Assembly (NCBI GenBank): GCA_964453345.1
Contig: CAYVOC010000003.1
Location: 19,346 to 83,345 of the forward strand
Length of the DNA stretch: 64,000 bases
Source of the DNA: an uncultured Aquificales bacterium
Lineage (GTDB): Bacteria; Thermosulfidibacterota; Thermosulfidibacteria; Thermosulfidibacterales; Thermosulfidibacteraceae
Direction of reading: 5' to 3'
In this document: positions 27,920 through 37,286 of the stretch, piece by piece
Numbering within the stretch: the stretch's first letter is position 1
How the letters are laid out: the number at the start of each line of letters is the position of its first letter
Program-made: the position numbers and the translations under genes
Notes under the pieces: generated by a model
The model's database searches: none
The model's input: the letters and a program-made list of their open reading frames with translations, nothing else
Told to the model about the DNA's origin: nothing

Positions 27920-28781
27920 GGTAGGAGACGGCTCCCGTTGCAACCGAGAATATGAGAAGGACAGAGTGGAATATGAACCCGGTGGTCAGGGCGGTGGATT
28001 TTTCTACACCGAGGATCATAAAGGCGCCGGTCCATCCAGCTTCGAAGGTGCCAAAGCCCCCTATGCTGTGTATGGGAAGGACCGTTGTCAGCTCTGAGAA
28101 GCTGAGTCCGAATACCGCCTGGGGGAAGCTTATCTGGTGTCCGACTGTGGCAAGTATCTCCTTGGCCAGAATGTAAAAGGATGTGTATTTGATGCCCCAT
28201 ATGAGGGCTGATACGGCGAAGATCTGCGGGAGGGCTGATTTCTGATCCGCCAGCCCTTCCGCCATATCCTTAAGAAAGCCTTTGATTTTTGTCCCGGCAA
28301 GCCTTGAGGCCATGCAGGCTGCGATTGCAAGGATTGCTGCAAAGGCGAGGGCTAAGCCTGTGGCTGCGGCGATTTCCTTCATCCTTTGGGGTATGACGGC
28401 GAGGGTTGCCGCTGAAAAGAAGAGGGCTATGCAGCAGATGTCGGCTATTCTTGCGGCAAGCAGTATGGATGTGAGCCTGCCCTTGGGGTATTCGCCGAGC
28501 AGATACAGAAAGCTCAGTTCCCCCGTTCTTGCAGGGTATATGTTGTTGGCCATTGTGTGGATGGCAACGATTCTGAAAAGCTTTTTCATGCTTTCCGATG
28601 GAAGGGTGATCTTCCACCTCAGGGCCCTGGCCACAAAGCTTAAAAGATAAAGAGCGTATGCGAGAAGAATCCTGTGGGCCTTAGCCTTTCTTAGAAAATC
28701 GCCGATCAGCTCCCACTTAAGATTGAGGAGTATCGCCCCTATCAGGAGTATTGTCAGAAGCGGTATGAGGGTTCTCTTCAT
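27888..28781 (-). CDS. Lysylphosphatidylglycerol-synthase-TM / flippase-like membrane protein (UPF0104)
   Basis: RALRW, NNIYPARTGE, LPIHSIGGFGTFEAG. Multi-pass membrane protein. Confidence 0.82.
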   Translation of the reverse strand: MKRTLIPLLTILLIGAILLNLKWELIGDFLRKAKAHRILLAYALYLLSFVARALRWKITLPSESMKKLFRIVAIHTMANNIYPARTGELSFLYLLGEYPKGRLTSILLAARIADICCIALFFSAATLAVIPQRMKEIAAATGLALAFAAILAIAACMASRLAGTKIKGFLKDMAEGLADQKSALPQIFAVSALIWGIKYTSFYILAKEILATVGHQISFPQAVFGLSFSELTTVLPIHSIGGFGTFEAGWTGAFMILGVEKSTALTTGFIFHSVLLIFSVATGAVSYLIHKARGPSG

Positions 28782-29718
28782 GTTTAACGATCCTTCTGAT
28801 GTAGTAGGGTCTTTTGTCCTGGCCCTCGAAGTATATTCTTATCATCAGCTCCCCGAGGATGCCCAAGGATATGAGCTGTATTCCGGCCATTATGAAGAGG
28901 GTGGAGATCGTGAGAAGGGGTCTGTGGCCTATGGGGTTTCCGGTGAAGATCTTGTAAAGGATCAGGTATGTGAAGGGAAGGAATCCGGCGAGGAAAATTA
29001 CGCTTCCTATTCCGCCGAATATGCGCATGGGTTTTGCCTTGTATAGGAGGAGAAATTTCACCACTATGAGGTCGAGGAGCACCTTGAAGGTTCTGGATAG
29101 CCCGTATTTGCTTTTCCCTCTGGTTCTCGGCCTGTGGTTGACAGGGATTTCTGCTATGTTGCAGCCCAGCTCCGATGCAAGGGCGGGAATGAACCTGTGC
29201 TGTTCTCCGTATAGTTTCAGGTTCTTGAGGATCTCGCTTCTGTAGGCCTTGAGGCTGCAGCCGTAGTCGTGGAGCTTGACCCCTGTTACGTAGGAGATGA
29301 GGGCGTTGGCCACCTTCGATGGGAACACCCTGGTCCAGTAGGGGTCCTTTCTGTCCTTCCTCCATCCGCTGACGATATCGTATCCCTCCTCCATCTTCTC
29401 CAGAAGTTTGGGAATGTCTTTGGGATCGTTCTGAAGATCCCCGTCCATGGTCACAATGATCTTCCCCTTAGCCTGGTGGAAGCCTGCGGACATGGCGGCG
29501 GTTTGCCCGAAGTTCCTCCTAAGATGCACCACAACCACCTTGGGGTCTTTCGCCGCTATCCGGTCAAGTATCTCGGCGCTGCCGTCTGTGGAGCCGTCGT
29601 TTACGAAGATTATCTCGTAGCTTCTCCCCAGCCCCTCCAAGACCTCCTTCAACTCCCTGTAGAGTTCTTCGATGTTTTCTCTTTCGTTGTATATGGGAAT
29701 GACCACCGATATCTCCAT
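28717..29718 (-). CDS. GT2 polyprenol-phosphate glycosyltransferase (ArnC/GtrB-like)
   Basis: SVVIPIYNE, VNDGSTDGS, RRNFGQTAA, MDGDLQNDP, two C-terminal TM helices. Confidence 0.92.
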   Translation of the reverse strand: MEISVVIPIYNERENIEELYRELKEVLEGLGRSYEIIFVNDGSTDGSAEILDRIAAKDPKVVVVHLRRNFGQTAAMSAGFHQAKGKIIVTMDGDLQNDPKDIPKLLEKMEEGYDIVSGWRKDRKDPYWTRVFPSKVANALISYVTGVKLHDYGCSLKAYRSEILKNLKLYGEQHRFIPALASELGCNIAEIPVNHRPRTRGKSKYGLSRTFKVLLDLIVVKFLLLYKAKPMRIFGGIGSVIFLAGFLPFTYLILYKIFTGNPIGHRPLLTISTLFIMAGIQLISLGILGELMIRIYFEGQDKRPYYIRRIVKHEENPHTASDNTPDRGDTPQS

Positions 29719-29729
29719 GGGTCTACCTC

Positions 29730-30227
29730 CTATCTGAGGATGGCGTAGAGGGCAAGGAACCCTATGGTATTCACAGGCACCCTTACGAGAAGGGTGCTTG
29801 CAAGCAGGCTTTGATCGATTCCCCCCTTGGTCAAAAGAGAAGCTATGATGTATTTGATGGTGGTGTCGGCTGCAAAAAGCAGTATCGCCAGGGGTATCTG
29901 AAGGGTTACGTTGCCTATCTCAAACTTTCTGCCGAGAAGCTGAGCGGCTTCGGCGAGCATCAGCTTTGACAGGGCGTTGATGCCGAGAATGGTTCCGGTG
30001 AAGAGATCTTCGGCGAGTCCTCCGATCCAGGCCCATATCAGAAGCGGGCTTCCGGACAACCCCAGCCGGAATATGATAAATGCCAGAAATATGCAGAAAA
30101 CGTCTGCGTATCTGGCCACCCTCGCCGAGAAGAAGAGCAGGAATACCCTCAGACACAGGAAAAAGATGAATATGCCTATGATCTGGAGGCCGTTATCTTT
30201 TTGCCTTTTTGATCTTCTTCTTGCCAA
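29730..30227 (-). CDS. mreD: Rod shape-determining protein MreD
   Basis: Hydrophobic 165 aa protein with GLAEDLFTGTILGINAL, directly after mreC. Confidence 0.8.
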   Translation of the reverse strand: MARRRSKRQKDNGLQIIGIFIFFLCLRVFLLFFSARVARYADVFCIFLAFIIFRLGLSGSPLLIWAWIGGLAEDLFTGTILGINALSKLMLAEAAQLLGRKFEIGNVTLQIPLAILLFAADTTIKYIIASLLTKGGIDQSLLASTLLVRVPVNTIGFLALYAILR

Positions 30228-31011
30228 CGGGCATCTCCCCCATTACGAGAACGTAGTGGTTGTTCTCTATCCTGTCGGTTGGTATGGCCTGCACGTTCAA
30301 AAACTTTGATTCTATGCTTCTTTCAACCTTGACGATCTTTCCCACGAACAATCCTGGTGGAAAGACTCCGCCTATCCCGGTCGATACGATTAGATCTCCC
30401 AGCTTCACATCCATTGAGGGGGGGATGTAGTCAACAATCAGCATCCTGCCGTTTCCCCTGGCTATTCCCCTCACCTTTGATCTGTAGTCCTCAACGTGGA
30501 TGGAGAATTCCGGATCGGTGGTTCCGGTTGCTATGCAGTGATCCCTGTATACCACCCTCACCTGTCCCACTATGCCCCCTGCCCCCACCACGGCCATGCC
30601 CCTCTTTACGCCGTGTATTTTGCCTTTATCCAAGATGAACCTGTGCTGCCAGTAGTCCCCGGTCCATCCCACCACCCTTGCGGGTATGGATACAAGCCTG
30701 TAGTGCTTTTTTATTCCGAGAAGGGCCTTGAGCCTTTCGTTCTCCTCCTCAAGGGCCCTTAAAAGCGCCAGCTTCTGCTTTAGCTCCACCAGTTCTCCCT
30801 TTAATCTCTCATTCTCCTCAAGCGCCCGATAGGCCTCCACTATGGAGCTTATGGTTTTGCCTCCCGTTGCCTTCACCTGGCTGAAGAGCAGGGCTATCTG
30901 GGAGGATACCCTCTGGGGGGCTTCTCTTATGGTGTCTATCTTCAAACGGAAGCTTATAAGGGCAAGGCTGATGAGGGCAAGGATTGTGAAGGAAAAGATC
31001 TCCCTCTTCAA
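30193..31011 (-). CDS. mreC: Rod shape-determining protein MreC
   Basis: TM helix, coiled coil [40 protein letters not shown]. Confidence 0.93.
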   Translation of the reverse strand: MKREIFSFTILALISLALISFRLKIDTIREAPQRVSSQIALLFSQVKATGGKTISSIVEAYRALEENERLKGELVELKQKLALLRALEEENERLKALLGIKKHYRLVSIPARVVGWTGDYWQHRFILDKGKIHGVKRGMAVVGAGGIVGQVRVVYRDHCIATGTTDPEFSIHVEDYRSKVRGIARGNGRMLIVDYIPPSMDVKLGDLIVSTGIGGVFPPGLFVGKIVKVERSIESKFLNVQAIPTDRIENNHYVLVMGEMPVGKKKIKKAKR

Positions 31012-32033
31012 GCTACGGATATCCTCTTGAGCAGGGGTAGATGCTCAAGAACCTTGCCGGCGCCCTCCACCACGCAGGTGAGGGGATCTTCAGCTATTAT
31101 GACGGGAAGCTTGGTCTTTTCCGCTATGACCCTGTCGAGGCCGGGAAGTAGCGCTCCCCCACCTGCAAGCACGATGCCCCTTTCGGCAAGATCAGCGGAG
31201 AGCTCAGGCGGAGCCTTTTCAAGGGCCTCTTTGACGGCGCTCACGATCTTTGAAACGGTATCGGTTATGGCTTCCCTTATCTCTGCGGAGGTTATCTTCA
31301 CGGTTGCCGGTATCCCTTCTGTCAGGTTTCTGCCCTTGACCTCCACATAGCCCTCCCTGTCCGCATCCGGATGGGCGGAGGCGATCTCAAGCTTTATCTT
31401 TTCCGCGGTCTTCTCGCCGATTATAAGGTTGTGCTTTTTCTTGATATACTGGGCTATCGCCTCGTCCAGTTCATCTCCCGCTATTCTCAGGGAGTAGCTG
31501 TAAACTATCCCGGACAGAGATATTATGGCTATCTCGGTGGTGCCGCCGCCTATGTCCACGATCATGTTTCCCACAGGCTCCTGAACCGGAAGCCCCGCTC
31601 CTATGGCCGCGGCCATGGGCTGTTCAATAAGGTAAACCTCCCGTGCGCCTGCCGACAGAGCCGAATCTATCACCGCCTTCTTTTCCACCTGGGTTATGCC
31701 CGATGGGATGGCCACGACTATTCTGGGCCTGACAAAGGATTTCCTGTTGTGCACCTTCTTTATGAAATGGGCCAGCATGGCCTCGGTGACCTCAAAGTCG
31801 GTTATGACGCCGTCCCTTAAGGGCCTTATGGAAACAATGTTGCCGGGGGTTTTTCCCAGCATCCTTTTGGCCTCTTCTCCAACCGCAAGGATCGTGTTGG
31901 TGTCCTTGTCTATGGCCACAACGGAAGGCTCTCTTAAAACAATCCCCTTCCCCTTCACATAGACTAAGGTGTTGGCGGTTCCCAGATCAATGGCAAGATC
32001 CTTTGAAAAAAAGCCGAGGAATTTGTCCAGCAT
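31008..32033 (-). CDS. mreB: Actin-like protein MreB
   Basis: [32 protein letters not shown]. Likely ATG at 32033 with a GGAGGGG RBS. Confidence 0.97.
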   Translation of the reverse strand: MLDKFLGFFSKDLAIDLGTANTLVYVKGKGIVLREPSVVAIDKDTNTILAVGEEAKRMLGKTPGNIVSIRPLRDGVITDFEVTEAMLAHFIKKVHNRKSFVRPRIVVAIPSGITQVEKKAVIDSALSAGAREVYLIEQPMAAAIGAGLPVQEPVGNMIVDIGGGTTEIAIISLSGIVYSYSLRIAGDELDEAIAQYIKKKHNLIIGEKTAEKIKLEIASAHPDADREGYVEVKGRNLTEGIPATVKITSAEIREAITDTVSKIVSAVKEALEKAPPELSADLAERGIVLAGGGALLPGLDRVIAEKTKLPVIIAEDPLTCVVEGAGKVLEHLPLLKRISVA

Positions 32034-32057
32034 GACCCCTCCTGCGTGCAGCATAAA

Positions 32058-32131
32058 TGCCCCCGGGGCGACTTGAACGCCCGACCTACGGCTCCGGAGG
32101 CCGTCGCTCTATCCAGCTGAGCTACGGGGGC
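32058..32131 (-). tRNA. tRNA-Arg(CCG), CCA end not encoded
   Basis: The minus strand folds as a cloverleaf: GCCCCCG acceptor stem, GCTC/GAGC D-stem, ACGGC-CTCCGGA-GCCGT anticodon arm, GGGCG-TTCAAGT-CGCCC T-arm, discriminator A followed by TTT. Confidence 0.96.
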
Positions 32132-32143
32132 TTGCCTTGCCAA

Positions 32144-32171
32144 AGTATAACCCGTTGACTTGAGGTGTCAA
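32144..32171 (-). promoter_or_regulatory. Sigma70-type promoter for tRNA-Arg-mreBCD
   Basis: Minus strand TTGACA-N16-TATACT, ending 12 nt before the tRNA 5' end. Confidence 0.75.
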
Positions 32172-32213
32172 GAATGCTTGAAATTCTGTATCTTACTGCT
32201 GGAGGTGTTCCCC

Positions 32214-33392
32214 TTGAGGCTGGTTGTGAAGAGGAGGTTCGTCCAGCGAATAAGAGAGGGCTACCCGTGGATATACAGGGAGTGGGTTGAGAAGCTGGAG
32301 GAGGTTGAGCCTGGAGGTGTGTGCTCCGTTCACTCGCCAACGGGTAAATTCCTCGGCATGGCCTATGTGAATCCGGATTCCTACATTGTTGGGCGCATAT
32401 ACTCAAGGCGTCAGGAGCCCCTTGATAAAGATCTGGTGAAGAGAAGGCTTGAGAGGGCCATGGCCCTGAGGGACTCCCTTGACATAGACTCCTCCGCCTT
32501 CAGGATACTTTTCAGCGAGGCCGACGGGCTGCCCGGCCTCATAGTGGACTGGTATTCGGGGGTGGTGGTCTTTCAAATCCTCACCCTCGGAATGGAGAGG
32601 ATAAGGGATCAGGTGGTTGAGGCCATAAGGGAGTTCCTGAATCCGAGGGCCCTTGTGGAGAGGAGGGATGCTCCCGGAAGGCACCTCGAGGGACTTCCCG
32701 TTGAGAGGGCTGAGGTTTACTTCGGTTCCAAGTGGATAGAGCACGGCAGGGTCAGGATAGAGGAAAACGGGGTCAAGTTCTGGGTGGATCTCTTCCACGG
32801 CCATAAGACCGGACATTATCTGGATCAGAGGGAAAACAGAAAGGAGGTGGCGCAGCTTGCCAAGGGCAAGAAGGTTCTTGATTGTTTCTGCAACACCGGT
32901 GGTTTCGGGATAACCTGTGCGGTTTACGGGGCTGAAGAGGTTATCGGGATAGATCTGTCCGAGAAGGTGCTTGAGCTTGCAGAGGAGAACGCAAAGCTCA
33001 ATCGGGTTGACGGCAAGGTCTTCTTTGTGAAGGGCAACGTCTTTGACGAGCTGAGAACCCTTGTCAGGAGGGGCAAGGAGTTTGACGTAGTGATCCTTGA
33101 TCCTCCCTCCTTCACCAAATCCAGAAAGACCCTTGACAATGCGCTTAGGGGATACAAGGACATAAACGTCAATGCGCTTAAGCTTGTCAAAAAGGGTGGT
33201 TTTCTGGTTACAGCCTCCTGTTCCCATCACGTCACCCTTGATCTCTTCATGGGGGTTGTGGAGGAGGCCCTGAGGGATGTGGGTAGGAATGCAAGGGTTG
33301 TTTCCATAAGGTTTCAGGCCAAGGATCATCCCGTTATCATGCAGATGCCGGAGTCCCTGTATCTTAAGCTGCTCATTCTGGAGGTGGACTGA
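32214..33392 (+). CDS. rlmI: RlmI-type rRNA m5C methyltransferase (PUA + class I SAM)
   Basis: GYPWIY, SEADGLPGLIVD, GHKTGHYLDQRENR, VLDCFCNTGGF, ILDPPSF, TASCS. Likely TTG start at 32214 after GGAGG. Confidence 0.85.
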   Translation: MRLVVKRRFVQRIREGYPWIYREWVEKLEEVEPGGVCSVHSPTGKFLGMAYVNPDSYIVGRIYSRRQEPLDKDLVKRRLERAMALRDSLDIDSSAFRILFSEADGLPGLIVDWYSGVVVFQILTLGMERIRDQVVEAIREFLNPRALVERRDAPGRHLEGLPVERAEVYFGSKWIEHGRVRIEENGVKFWVDLFHGHKTGHYLDQRENRKEVAQLAKGKKVLDCFCNTGGFGITCAVYGAEEVIGIDLSEKVLELAEENAKLNRVDGKVFFVKGNVFDELRTLVRRGKEFDVVILDPPSFTKSRKTLDNALRGYKDINVNALKLVKKGGFLVTASCSHHVTLDLFMGVVEEALRDVGRNARVVSIRFQAKDHPVIMQMPESLYLKLLILEVD

Positions 33393-33393
33393 G

Positions 33394-34017
33394 GTGTTCA
33401 CGGGTCTTGTGCAGAAACTTGGCAGATTGAAGTCTCTGACCCCTTATGGTTCGGGATATAGACTTGATGTGGAGGTGGAGGAGCCCTGGGATGACCTTGA
33501 GATAGGAGAGAGCATAGCGGTAAACGGAGCGTGTCTCACCCTTGTGGAGGATAAAGGCAACATACTGAGCTTTGATGTTTCTCCTGAGACCCTTCGCAAA
33601 ACAACCATGGGAAGTCTAAAGAAGGGTTCCCTTCTCAACCTTGAAAGGGCCTTGAGGTTGTCGGATAGGCTTGGCGGCCATTTGGTCCTCGGCCATGTGG
33701 ATGGGGTTGGAAGCATCACCTTTATAAGAAACCTTTCCGGTTTCTACTCGCTTGGGGTAAGGGTTCCGGGTCATCTTTTGAGGTATGTGGCTGTTAAGGG
33801 ATCCATAGCCGTTGATGGGATAAGTCTCACCGTTGCCGAAAAAAGCGGCGAGGTGATAACCATAGCCGTAATTCCCCACACCTTTGAGAACACCAATCTT
33901 AGGGAAAGAAGGGTGGGGGATGCGGTCAACATAGAGGTGGATGTGATAGCAAGATACATTGAGGCTTTAATGGGCGCAGGAGAGGATAGGTTGAAGAAAC
34001 TTCTGGAGGAGTGGTGA
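33394..34017 (+). CDS. ribE: Riboflavin synthase alpha chain
   Basis: MFTGLV, GESIAVNGACLT, NLERAL..RLGGHLVLGHVDG, KGSIAVDGISLTV. Confidence 0.96.
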   Translation: MFTGLVQKLGRLKSLTPYGSGYRLDVEVEEPWDDLEIGESIAVNGACLTLVEDKGNILSFDVSPETLRKTTMGSLKKGSLLNLERALRLSDRLGGHLVLGHVDGVGSITFIRNLSGFYSLGVRVPGHLLRYVAVKGSIAVDGISLTVAEKSGEVITIAVIPHTFENTNLRERRVGDAVNIEVDVIARYIEALMGAGEDRLKKLLEEW

Positions 34018-35087
34018 TGGAGGGATGGCTTGAGGAGGTTCTTTCCAGAATTGAGCCGGTTCCCAAGGAATTGCTTGAGGAGGCCCAGAGAAGGCTTGAT
34101 AACCTGACCAAGCCCAAGGGCAGCCTTGGAAGGCTTGAGGAGCTCGGCAAAAGGTTTGTCTCCATAAGGAGAAACCTTGACGAAAGGGTCAACAAGAAGG
34201 TGGTCTTTGTTTTTGCCTGTGATCACGGGGTTGTTGAGGAGGGAGTCAGCGCCTTTCCCAAGGAGGTGACCCAGCAGATGGTCGCCAACTTCCTCGCTGG
34301 AGGTGCCGGGATCAACGTGATTTCCAGGTTTGCAGGGGTCGATGTGAAGGTGGTGGATGTGGGGGTTGATGCGGATCTGTCTCACTTTGCCCATCGGGGC
34401 CTGATAATAAAGAAGGTGGGATACGGAACGGGCAACATAGCGAAGGGGCCCGCCATGAGCAGGGAGCAGGCCATAGAATCACTAAGGGTGGGTTTTGAGC
34501 TTGCCGAGTCCGCCCTTGCCGAGGGGTATAATCTCTTTGCGGTGGGAGAGATGGGCATAGGAAACACAACCCCCTCAAGCGCCGTTTATGCCGTGATCAC
34601 GGGAAGGCCCGTTGAGGAGGTTACGGGAAGGGGAACCGGTATTGATGATGAAGCGCTGAGAAGAAAAAGGGAGGTGGTCAAAAGGGCCATTGAAGTGAAT
34701 AGGCCCGATCCCAAGGATCCCGTGGATGTGTTGGCAAAGGTTGGCGGCTTTGAAATAGGGGCCATGGCGGGGGTTATGCTTGCAGGCGCTGCCTTGAAGG
34801 TTCCGGTGGTTGTTGACGGCTTCATATCAACGGCCTCGGCCCTCATTGCCACGTCTCTCAACAAGGATGTGGCCGATTATCTGATCTACGCCCACAGATC
34901 CAAGGCCTTCGGCCACAATGCGGCCCTTGAGTATCTGGGAGCGAGGCCCCTGCTCGATCTGGGCCTGAGGCTCGGGGAGGGAACGGGTGCCGCCATAGGC
35001 TGCTGGCTGGTTCAATTGGGAGAGAAGATACTGCACGAGATGGCCACCTTTGACGACGCCGCCGTTGCTAAGGGTAAAGAGGTGTGA
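34011..35087 (+). CDS. cobT: Nicotinate-nucleotide--dimethylbenzimidazole phosphoribosyltransferase
   Basis: LTKPKGSLGRLE, DHGV, GEMGIGNTT, GGFEIGA, LRLGEGTGA, EMATF. Confidence 0.96.
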   Translation: MVMEGWLEEVLSRIEPVPKELLEEAQRRLDNLTKPKGSLGRLEELGKRFVSIRRNLDERVNKKVVFVFACDHGVVEEGVSAFPKEVTQQMVANFLAGGAGINVISRFAGVDVKVVDVGVDADLSHFAHRGLIIKKVGYGTGNIAKGPAMSREQAIESLRVGFELAESALAEGYNLFAVGEMGIGNTTPSSAVYAVITGRPVEEVTGRGTGIDDEALRRKREVVKRAIEVNRPDPKDPVDVLAKVGGFEIGAMAGVMLAGAALKVPVVVDGFISTASALIATSLNKDVADYLIYAHRSKAFGHNAALEYLGARPLLDLGLRLGEGTGAAIGCWLVQLGEKILHEMATFDDAAVAKGKEV

Positions 35088-36007
35088 TCTTCAGGCTTCC
35101 TGTTCTCTGCGCCGCCTTCGCCCTGGATCTTGTCATAGGGGATCCTTCCTATCCCCTTCATCCGGTCAGGCTTATAGGAAAGAGCATATCTCAAATTGAG
35201 AGGGTTATTTATCCCCTTGCCCCGGGATACTTGGGGGGATTCCTGCTCTTTGCAGTCTGCTCTGTTTTCTGGACGGCTGTTGGTTTTTTGCTTGCTCCCT
35301 TCTGGTGGGCGCACCTTTTCCTTCTCTACAGCTTTCTTGCCGAGGGGCAGCTCATAAGAGAGGTGATTTCTGTCGCCCGGTCTTTGTCATGCGGGGAGCT
35401 GGATAGGGCGAGGTCCCTTCTCTCTTACCTTGTCACCAGGGACACAGGTTCCTTCGATGCTTCTGAGGTGTCCAGATGTGCCCTGGAGACCCTTGCCGAA
35501 AACACATCCGACGGCTTTTTCGGACCCGCCATTGCCTATTTAGTGGGAGGCCTGCCCCTGCTTCTGCTATACAAGGTGGTTGAGACCGGCGACTCAATGG
35601 TGGGTTACAAAACCGAACGCTACAGAAGGTTCGGCTTTTTCTTTGCAAGGGCTGACGATCTTTTCAACTATATCCCTGCAAGGGTGTGCGCTCTGTTTCT
35701 GGCGCTTGCGGCGCCTATGCTGGGGGCAAGCCCCCTTTACGTTCTCAGACGGACCTTCCACATGGCTTCTCTGCACGAAAGCCCCAATGCAGGGTGGCCT
35801 GAGGCCGCCTTCGCCAGTATCCTGGGGATAAGATTCGGCGGAGTTTACGTCTATTTCAAAAGAAAAGTATTTAAAACGCCCCTGGGGGAAGATAAAACTC
35901 TTCCCCCAGATGTCGCTTCAATATACGCAGGCGCTCTCATAAGCCTGTGTTCCTGCATTTTGTTTACCCTGTCTTGTGCTGCATTTTTATGTATTTTTGC
36001 CGTTTAA
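35084..36007 (+). CDS. cbiB: Adenosylcobinamide-phosphate synthase
   Basis: LDLVIGDP..HPVRLIG, ETLAENTSDG, DSMVGYK, NYIPAR, SPNAGWPEAA. Confidence 0.93.
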   Translation: MIFRLPVLCAAFALDLVIGDPSYPLHPVRLIGKSISQIERVIYPLAPGYLGGFLLFAVCSVFWTAVGFLLAPFWWAHLFLLYSFLAEGQLIREVISVARSLSCGELDRARSLLSYLVTRDTGSFDASEVSRCALETLAENTSDGFFGPAIAYLVGGLPLLLLYKVVETGDSMVGYKTERYRRFGFFFARADDLFNYIPARVCALFLALAAPMLGASPLYVLRRTFHMASLHESPNAGWPEAAFASILGIRFGGVYVYFKRKVFKTPLGEDKTLPPDVASIYAGALISLCSCILFTLSCAAFLCIFAV

Positions 36008-36492
36008 TCCCTCCTCCAGAAGACCCGAACGAATTTTTCGCCTTCGTTATAGGAGAATTCAAGCTTCCCCTTGTGGGCCCTGTAGAGGGCTTCTCCAAGT
36101 CTGCGTGCAAGGGTGGGGTAGGTTACGTATATTGTTATGCCGTCCTCATCCTCTTCCGTCCACATTATGCGCTGCAGCGGCCTGAGGTTTTTGGCGTTTT
36201 CCTCCTCGTTTCTTATCAGGTTCATCAGCTCGTCCCTTCTCGCCTTGAAGTATTCTCCTTCAACTCTCACTATCCCTCCCGGATACTTGTCCTGGATCCT
36301 TCTGCAGGCGGGGCACAGCGCCTCGTTTACCCTTTCGGTTCCATCTATCTTATCCCAGGTCCACTTACCATCCTTGTAGCAGGCCTTGCACATGGGGCAT
36401 ACGGTTGGTTCCGGGTATTTTTTGAATTCGTAGTAGGGGTTTCCCGGATCCTGAGCCTCAAACTCCTTCCTCCATGCGCTGTAGTAGGTCAT
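36004..36492 (-). CDS. BCAM0308-family protein with two CxxC motifs (NMD3-related)
   Basis: EPTVCPMC..W.W..LCPACRRIQDKYPGG, PLQRIM, LARRLGEAL..AHKG, VFWRR. Confidence 0.72.
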   Translation of the reverse strand: MTYYSAWRKEFEAQDPGNPYYEFKKYPEPTVCPMCKACYKDGKWTWDKIDGTERVNEALCPACRRIQDKYPGGIVRVEGEYFKARRDELMNLIRNEEENAKNLRPLQRIMWTEEDEDGITIYVTYPTLARRLGEALYRAHKGKLEFSYNEGEKFVRVFWRRD

Positions 36493-36519
36493 TCTTTTAC
36501 CTCCCTTGGCTGTTTTCTG

Positions 36520-36547
36520 AGTATAAATTTAGGCCTTTTTCAGACAA
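36520..36547 (-). promoter_or_regulatory. Putative sigma70 promoter for the BCAM0308-family gene
   Basis: Minus strand TTGTCT-N16-TATACT, upstream of a GGGAGG RBS and the ATG at 36492. Confidence 0.5.
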
Positions 36548-37286
36548 GTTCCATAATTTTCATGCAGGTGAAGTGGTAGGCCACGTTTGCGTGAAAGATG
36601 ATCACTCCCGATGTGGCGCCAAAGGAGGCGCTAAAGGGAATCCCTGCCATGCCGAGGATGATGGCTGGAATGACGGAGATTATCAGCGCTAATATGGTTA
36701 TGAGGGTGATTCCCACAGATGGCTTCCACAGGCCGGGTTTGAGGGATAGCAGAAAGTATTTGGGCGTAAGCCCCTTCAGGGTCTCTTTCAGGGCGCTTGA
36801 GAAGTCGTTTTCTGTGAGGCCCTTTGCCATTGCCACGGTTGCGGTGAAAAAGAGGTTGAAGGCCACATAAAGGGCGAGCAGACAGACCAGGGCTATGTAT
36901 ATCGCTGTGTATTCGGCGGATTTTATCTGTTTAAGGATGACGGGTATCATGAGGAACGCTGTAAATATGATTGATGCAAGGCCTATGGCGAAGGTGTTCA
37001 CCATCATTCCTAAGTAGGCTCCGGCCACGGCGAGCTTGTGGGTCTCCTTTAGAAGTTCCCAGACGCCTTTTTCGGACAGCGCCCTTTTGACTCTTTCGGG
37101 GTCCTGGTTTTCCTTAACCACCTTTATCACCGATGCCATGAAGAGCAAAAGCACGTATCCGCTCAGCAGTCCGGATCCACCGAGGGGCGGCAGAAGCATG
37201 GAGCCGGATGTGATCAGAAACCAGAGAAACAGCACCAGATTCAGCCTCTGGTTTGCGGTTATGAGGGCCTTGAAAAGCTCAAACAT
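36540..37286 (-). CDS. Hypothetical integral membrane protein
   Basis: 248 aa with about 6 hydrophobic segments. Overlaps the stop of the upstream gene. Confidence 0.7.
   Translation of the reverse strand: MFELFKALITANQRLNLVLFLWFLITSGSMLLPPLGGSGLLSGYVLLLFMASVIKVVKENQDPERVKRALSEKGVWELLKETHKLAVAGAYLGMMVNTFAIGLASIIFTAFLMIPVILKQIKSAEYTAIYIALVCLLALYVAFNLFFTATVAMAKGLTENDFSSALKETLKGLTPKYFLLSLKPGLWKPSVGITLITILALIISVIPAIILGMAGIPFSASFGATSGVIIFHANVAYHFTCMKIMELV

Noticed and set aside
27900-27925. LysR ends Cys-Gly-UGA next to selAB, suggesting possible selenocysteine readthrough
   Set aside because: The LysR domain is already complete, the region overlaps the convergent gene, and I see no convincing SECIS hairpin.
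32058-32131. tRNA as an integration site for a mobile element
   Set aside because: No duplicated tRNA 3' end or integrase was seen, and both flanks are housekeeping genes.
32403-33401. 332-aa antisense ORF opposite rlmI, and similar antisense ORFs at 24124-24984, 13509-14330 and 45885-46676
   Set aside because: Each lies fully opposite a well-supported gene and has no recognisable motifs. They are expected from codon bias.
33394-36007. ribE next to cobT-cbiB as a flavin-to-DMB pathway, or a riboswitch-controlled unit
   Set aside because: No bluB or bza gene is in the window and there is no intergenic space for an FMN or cobalamin riboswitch. Adjacency is weak evidence in this compact genome.
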